Source: Candidatus Coprosoma intestinipullorum
Lineage (GTDB): Bacteria > Bacillota_I > Bacilli_A > RF39 > UBA660
Assembly: GCA_018713045.1 (NCBI GenBank)
Contig: DVFV01000096.1
Coordinates: 1 to 61,189, forward strand
DNA: 61,189 bases
Direction: 5' to 3'
A program made the position numbers and the translations under genes. Positions 56,295-61,189 of the stretch are shown here, in pieces; the first letter of the stretch is position 1; each line of letters begins with the position of its first letter. The notes beneath the pieces were generated by a model. The model saw only the letters and a list, made by a program, of their open reading frames with translations. It searched no databases and was not told the DNA's origin.

Positions 56295-58337
56295 TTACTT
56301 AATAATTTCTTCCTTGTTATTCTTCATATCACTAGTAGCTTCATTAATCGCATCATCAATTGTCTTTATTTCATCAGTAATCATACTATAACCGATTGCC
56401 GCACCAAATCCATGAGATAAATCTTTGAATTCTCTATTTAATTTTCTTATATAAGTTATAACGTCCTTCTCATCATGACCAACCATAAATATCAAGAATT
56501 CATTTCCGTTAGTTCTAATAAGCTCACTGTTAGAAAGTTGAGTCTTAATTAAAATTCCTGAAGCTTCGACTATAACCTTATCCCCCTCTGGGTAACCAAA
56601 ATTATCGTTGATATATGCGACATTATTTAAATCGACTATTACAATAGCCTGTGGATAAACTTCACTACTATCCCATCTTGGAATATTTTCGTTCAAATAA
56701 TTACGATTTTTAAGAGAAGTTAAATTATCTGTATAACGCAACTTATCTAATTTTGATAATTTACCGTTATATTTTTTACCTCTTCTTAAAATTTTATAAG
56801 TCATAAATCCAACTAAAGCCATCAAAACGATTGCTAAACTACTTAAAACTACTCTTAACGTATTATTACTACTATCGTAATTAAGTAAATTTCGATAACT
56901 TTCACTGATTAAACTATCTTTATTTACAAAAGTCAGATAAAAACTAAATAAATCATTAAATATTTCATTGTCGCCGATATTTCGTAAAGCGAAATTATAA
57001 TCACTTCCCATATCTAAAGTTCTAATTCGTTTAAATGACCTTAAACCAAACCTAATATAATAGTCGTAAGAATAATCATCTAAAGCTGCTACATCGTTAG
57101 AACCTAGACTATTAACTAAGTCTCTAGTATTATCATACCCTTTTGTCTTAATTCCATTCTTTTTTAAATAATTATCTATTTTACTATTTTTCACCGTTGA
57201 AACAGTTACATTCTTTAAAGACTCTACACTAGCTACAGTTAAAGATGTATTTTCATCGGCAATAATATCAAACGTGCCATCGTAAACTGCTGGTGTATTA
57301 GTCACCTTAATACTATATTTACTATCATTGTCGGCAATAAAGTCGATTTTCTTATTGTTAAAATCTTCAATCATTTTATCTAAAGAAGAATAACGTTTAA
57401 AATCAACTTCGACATTTGCCATTTTCTCAAAATTGTTTATAAGTGAATAATTAAAACCTTGTAAACCATTTTTCGTTGACGCTTCATAAGGAGCATTTAA
57501 AATAAATCCATAAGTATATCGTTTACTTCTAAACTTAGTTTGTGACTTTTCATCTATATCCTTATAATCGAAATAACTACTTGCTAGATGACTGTTTAAA
57601 GAATTATTAAAATCATTACGTATCCAATATTTAAAATACTTCGTTAAAATATTATTTAACGCTTTATTATCACCCAAAGTAATTACATAACTATCTATAC
57701 AATTATTAATATTATAGGCAATATTTAAATCTTTTTCCACTATTTCTGCAAAATAAGTAAGTTTTGGTAAAGCTATAAAATTAACACTTTTATTATCTAA
57801 AGCTAAAATCAAAGCATCTACATCATCAAATGTCGTTAATGTTATACTTTCATTATCCAAAGCTTTTTTTATCTTATCCTCACTGCCACTTAAAACACCA
57901 ATATTGACATTGTTAATCTCATTTTCATCTAAATAATAAGTATCGTCTTTCGATAAAAGCGCATAACTATCGTTATATAAAACTAAATCATTCTTTTCTG
58001 CATCTTTCTTTCTTAACGCATAATCACTAACCTCAGCATCATCATCACTATAAGAAAGACGATTAAAAACTAAATTAGTATCATCTTCTAAATCATTAAG
58101 AAAATCAAATAACATTCCACTTCCATTATCATTGATAATCGGTACATCCGTCAAAATAGACAAATCGATAAGTTTGTTTTGATTATCATCTATCCATTTA
58201 CTTTCCGACCTTGTTAAACTAAAATTGTCTTGATTTTGATTAAAAAAGTAAAAGGCTGAAACGCCTCCTAAAATCAAAACAACAGCGACTATTACAAATA
58301 CAATTTTTTTACTCACCACTACCACCTGTATTTCCAA
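56295..58337 (-). CDS. Membrane sensor with two periplasmic solute-binding-like domains and a degenerate GGDEF domain
   Basis: N-terminal TM, an extracytoplasmic region of about 470 aa, then a second TM. The domain reads LTSLKNRNYL ... VDLNNVAYINDNFGYPEGDKV ... RTNGNEFLIF, with NGNEF in place of GG[DE]EF. Confidence 0.6.
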   Translation of the reverse strand: MEIQVVVVSKKIVFVIVAVVLILGGVSAFYFFNQNQDNFSLTRSESKWIDDNQNKLIDLSILTDVPIINDNGSGMLFDFLNDLEDDTNLVFNRLSYSDDDAEVSDYALRKKDAEKNDLVLYNDSYALLSKDDTYYLDENEINNVNIGVLSGSEDKIKKALDNESITLTTFDDVDALILALDNKSVNFIALPKLTYFAEIVEKDLNIAYNINNCIDSYVITLGDNKALNNILTKYFKYWIRNDFNNSLNSHLASSYFDYKDIDEKSQTKFRSKRYTYGFILNAPYEASTKNGLQGFNYSLINNFEKMANVEVDFKRYSSLDKMIEDFNNKKIDFIADNDSKYSIKVTNTPAVYDGTFDIIADENTSLTVASVESLKNVTVSTVKNSKIDNYLKKNGIKTKGYDNTRDLVNSLGSNDVAALDDYSYDYYIRFGLRSFKRIRTLDMGSDYNFALRNIGDNEIFNDLFSFYLTFVNKDSLISESYRNLLNYDSSNNTLRVVLSSLAIVLMALVGFMTYKILRRGKKYNGKLSKLDKLRYTDNLTSLKNRNYLNENIPRWDSSEVYPQAIVIVDLNNVAYINDNFGYPEGDKVIVEASGILIKTQLSNSELIRTNGNEFLIFMVGHDEKDVITYIRKLNREFKDLSHGFGAAIGYSMITDEIKTIDDAINEATSDMKNNKEEIIK

Positions 58338-58773
58338 ATGTCATCTCATCGTTATTTTTACTTTTATACCCAATTACTGGATAAACATCACTATCGCCAT
58401 CAGCTTTAATATATAGCTGAATATCGTAATAACTTTTGTTATCCTTACTAATCCCATCCAAAATAATTGAAGAATAACCTTGAGCTGTTTCAAGTGCTAA
58501 ACCAGGATCAACCGTCATAATAAAATTCAAAATTCTACCCTCATCGTGATAATTAACATCCTTAACTCCTTCTTGATTCTCAAGTTCACTAGTAATATCA
58601 TCAATATCTGAAGAAGAAATCTTATGCTCCTCAATATCATCTAATCTATCGCCATACTTATTGTTGTTAAATGCTGGAAATACAAACAAAATAATAAAAG
58701 CGATAAGTAAAATTCCTAAAACAACCCCACCGATAATCAAAATTTTCTTTTTATTATTTTTTGTCATTTTCAT
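58309..58773 (-). CDS. Membrane-anchored hypothetical protein
   Basis: 154 aa with an N-terminal TM. Overlaps the downstream gene. Confidence 0.45.
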   Translation of the reverse strand: MKMTKNNKKKILIIGGVVLGILLIAFIILFVFPAFNNNKYGDRLDDIEEHKISSSDIDDITSELENQEGVKDVNYHDEGRILNFIMTVDPGLALETAQGYSSIILDGISKDNKSYYDIQLYIKADGDSDVYPVIGYKSKNNDEMTFGNTGGSGE

Positions 58774-58815
58774 CTAATATCACCTCGCTAATTATACTAT
58801 AAAAAAACATTTTTT

Positions 58816-59811
58816 TCAAACAGCCACATAGGGATGTCTAGAAGTTCCATTTCCCTTTAAAATATTTATTTTTGACAAAGTAACGATTGGTCTTACTACC
58901 TTTGTCTCTTTATTTGAGCTTTCAATCTTTCCATCACTCAAACTTAAATTTTCATCGTTTACTTTAATCAAAGTATATTCCTCACCATTTTCTTTAGAAT
59001 ATCCAAGCAAGTAATTACCGTTATAACAAGCCTCAATATTACTTTCACTGCAATTTAAATTGTTAGATGCATTAATTAGATCTTCTAAATTCATAACTGT
59101 AACTGCCATCTTTTCACTTTCTAAACAATTACTTTGATAATTCAAACAATAATCTTCACTTGCAATCTTCTCGTTATTATCGATGCTTCCATAAAAACTT
59201 GTATTCAAATAACTATCTAAACTTGAATCCTTAAAATCATCATTTGAAACACTTAATTTAATTCCATCGTCACTTATAACCTTCATAGAACCATCGTCAT
59301 TAATTTTAAGAATCCGCCAATCGTTATCACCATATTCTAAATAATTGTTAGGATTACTTCCTTTGTAATAACCATCTTGACTTGTAAGAACAACCCCATC
59401 ATCACTATTCATGATAATTGAATTAGCCATTCCTGTACTTTTACTCGAGCACCCGTTGGCCTCGTCGTTATACTCATAAATATATTGTTTAGATTTATAA
59501 CTTATCTCAACTCCACCGCTTAACTCTTTTTCGGTATCTCTAGGATCTTTAACATCCTCATTTGAAATGTATCCACCCTCGACAAGCTGAGAAACACAGA
59601 CAACTGTAACCTCGTCTTTAGGAAGTAAATTGACATTATCTAAAGCCCAAGCTTGAGCTGCCTTTTCTATAATTTTAGTCTGACTCTCATAAGAATCATC
59701 TTGAGATGATTTAATAACTGAATTTATTGAAGGATAAACAATTAAAGCAATCAAACCTAAAATTGCCACCACCGCAATAAGTTCAATCAAAGTAAAACCT
59801 TTCTTCATCAA
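58816..59811 (-). CDS. Type IV pilin/pseudopilin-like protein with a large C-terminal extra domain
   Basis: Class III signal MMKKGFTLIELIAVVAILGLIALIVYPS. The C-terminal ~200 aa contain NNYLEYGDNDWRILKINDDGSMKVISDD. Confidence 0.65.
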   Translation of the reverse strand: MMKKGFTLIELIAVVAILGLIALIVYPSINSVIKSSQDDSYESQTKIIEKAAQAWALDNVNLLPKDEVTVVCVSQLVEGGYISNEDVKDPRDTEKELSGGVEISYKSKQYIYEYNDEANGCSSKSTGMANSIIMNSDDGVVLTSQDGYYKGSNPNNYLEYGDNDWRILKINDDGSMKVISDDGIKLSVSNDDFKDSSLDSYLNTSFYGSIDNNEKIASEDYCLNYQSNCLESEKMAVTVMNLEDLINASNNLNCSESNIEACYNGNYLLGYSKENGEEYTLIKVNDENLSLSDGKIESSNKETKVVRPIVTLSKINILKGNGTSRHPYVAV

Positions 59812-60044
59812 ATCACCCTATCCTCTTAATTAAATTATAAATTAAATAATAATCAAAGTCAATGAAATTGCATTAACAAAAATAAAAGGGAATATCGATA
59901 AAAAATATTCCCTAAAATGCAGCTCAATTTAACACAATAAACAAATAAAATATATAATTATAATAAAAAGTAAAAAATAGAAGAAGTGAGCTGCATGAAC
60001 ATTATACAGTATAAAATTAACTATTACAATCTTTTTTTGATAAA

Positions 60045-60076
60045 ATAATAAAAAAATTAAGGTGTAATTGTTACAC
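60045..60076 (-). terminator. Rho-independent terminator of the LRR gene
   Basis: Minus strand reads GTGTAA-CAA-TTACAC followed by CTTAATTTTTTTATT. Confidence 0.5.
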
Positions 60077-61128
60077 TAACCAAGCCAATTCACTTTTGCC
60101 CTACTCGCACCCCAAGGTTCTCCAATAATGCTCCCTTCACCTTTCTTAATATTAATTGTTTTAATGTTAGAGCCATTAAACGTATTCACATCTATATATT
60201 CAACAGTTGATGGAAGAGTCAATTCACAATTAAACACAGTCTCTTTAAAAGTTCCACCACCATAACTATCACTGCTTATTATATTTTTTAGTCCGTCCTC
60301 AATCATAATACTATTAATTACAGCCGAATTAAATGCCTGAGAGTTTAACGTTTCCACATTACTTGGAATTGTTAATCCGTTTATTCTCACACCTCTAAAA
60401 GCTCGGTGCGCAATAGTTTTAACGGTACTTGGAATTACATAATTATTAAGTTCATTCCTAGCATAAGAATCCAAAACAGTATAATCCGTATTCCCATTCG
60501 CATCTACTCCATAAACTATTGGATTATCCTCAGGAAAATTATTTCGGTTAAATACACCACCTCCCATATATGTTAAACTTTTAGGAAGTTCGGCATGCGT
60601 TAACTTATTTTGAGCAAAAGCTTCATTATCCAAATACTCTAAACCATCAGGTAAAACAAGCTCAGTTAAATCATTATGATTAAAAGCTTCACCACCTATT
60701 TTTTTTACGCCATCACCCAGTTTTAATTTAGAAATATTATTTCCATAAAATGCAAAAACACCTATAGTAGTAACAGTGTCAGGAATAACAACACTTGTAA
60801 GACCTAATTTGGAAAAACCTTTATTGGTTTGCCAAGTACCATCCCCAATTTTAGTAACAGATAATCCATTTATTTTTTCTGGAATATTCACATCAGTACC
60901 ACACTTTTCAACGTCATATCCACTTACAGTTAAAGTTCCATCTCCATTATCATAATATGTAAAACAACTTTCATCTTGCGGTCTCTCTTTAATGTTTCCT
61001 TTAGCACGCAAAGTTATATTAGTTGAAAATGCCGCATACCCACTTGTCATTATTATTAAAAATAGGAAGGTACTTATAATTATTATTTTCTTTTTTTGTT
61101 TTTCTTTTTTTCTTCTTATTCTATGCAT
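60076..61128 (-). CDS. BspA-type leucine-rich-repeat (LRR_5) surface protein with a SipW/TasA-type signal peptide
   Basis: Start taken at ATG 61128 (MHRIRRKKEKQ) after RBS AGGTGA. Signal peptide IMTSGYAAFSTNITLRAKG. Repeats such as IPDTVTTIGVFAFYGNNISKLKLGDGVKKIGGEAFNHNDLTELVLPDGLEYLDNEAF. Confidence 0.7.
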   Translation of the reverse strand: MHRIRRKKEKQKKKIIIISTFLFLIIMTSGYAAFSTNITLRAKGNIKERPQDESCFTYYDNGDGTLTVSGYDVEKCGTDVNIPEKINGLSVTKIGDGTWQTNKGFSKLGLTSVVIPDTVTTIGVFAFYGNNISKLKLGDGVKKIGGEAFNHNDLTELVLPDGLEYLDNEAFAQNKLTHAELPKSLTYMGGGVFNRNNFPEDNPIVYGVDANGNTDYTVLDSYARNELNNYVIPSTVKTIAHRAFRGVRINGLTIPSNVETLNSQAFNSAVINSIMIEDGLKNIISSDSYGGGTFKETVFNCELTLPSTVEYIDVNTFNGSNIKTINIKKGEGSIIGEPWGASRAKVNWLG

Positions 61129-61158
61129 AAAATCACCTATTTTATAATATACAATTCC

Positions 61159-61189
61159 ATTGTACACCCCCCCCCCCCATAAAAATCAA
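61159..61189 (-). promoter_or_regulatory. Candidate sigma-A promoter with a G12 tract in its spacer
   Basis: Minus strand reads TTGATT-TTTAT-GGGGGGGGGGGG-TG-TACAAT, giving a 19-nt spacer. The -10 is extended (TG). Confidence 0.45.
61167..61178. repeat. Homopolymeric C12 (G12 on the coding strand) tract
   Basis: Twelve consecutive C residues were counted in the sequence. Confidence 0.95.

Noticed and set aside
1-61189. Search for CRISPR arrays, rRNA genes, transposases/IS elements, reverse transcriptases (retron/DGR) and known multi-gene defence systems
   Set aside because: No regularly spaced direct repeats, no rRNA-like sequence, no DDE/transposase-like or RT-like ORF, and no recognisable defence operon were seen. 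The only tandem repeats are the coding collagen triplets and the C12 tract.

Overview
AT-rich, Firmicutes-type chromosome segment in two parts. (1) Positions 1 to about 35136 are most of a siphovirus-like temperate prophage, almost all on the minus strand. In order it carries: a collagen-like tail fibre gene that runs off the window start; holin-like small membrane genes; tail, tape-measure, head, portal and terminase modules; an ORF-free 740-bp structured RNA region holding a tRNA-Asp and an odd tRNA-like element; an ArpU-like late regulator; a dense early operon (methyltransferase, SNF2 helicase, NinB, SSB, annealing protein, replication protein); a cro/cI-type switch with three copies of a 14-bp operator; an Ltp-type superinfection-exclusion gene; and a tyrosine integrase. 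The prophage appears to end at a 23-nt tRNA 3' fragment followed by a terminator (putative attR). (2) Positions 35137 to 61189 are host chromosome. Genes here include a cadherin-like surface protein, a type-I-toxin-like 30-codon ORF, tRNA-Leu(GAG), a rhodanese protein, NatAB-like ABC transporter genes, rseP, cdsA, uppS, a decayed gap where pyrH-frr normally sit, tsf and a long rpsB. They continue with a GH25 muramidase, a BclA-like GPT/GAT collagen-like protein, yqeY and rpsU. Next come two unlisted double-glycine bacteriocin precursor genes with their C39-ABC exporter, then rsmD, ylbE/ylbD-like genes, ltaS and a degenerate GGDEF sensor. The last genes are an orphan pilin-fusion protein and a BspA-type LRR protein whose promoter spacer contains a G12 tract. 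No CRISPR array, rRNA or transposase was seen. The most unusual items are: the tRNA-like RNA cluster in the prophage; a MuF head protein with a JAB/RadC-like C-terminal domain, a coupled small ORF and an internal terminator; the hidden two-peptide bacteriocin locus; the type-I-toxin-like cassette; and the poly-G promoter. All functional calls rest on motif recognition by eye. No database search was run.
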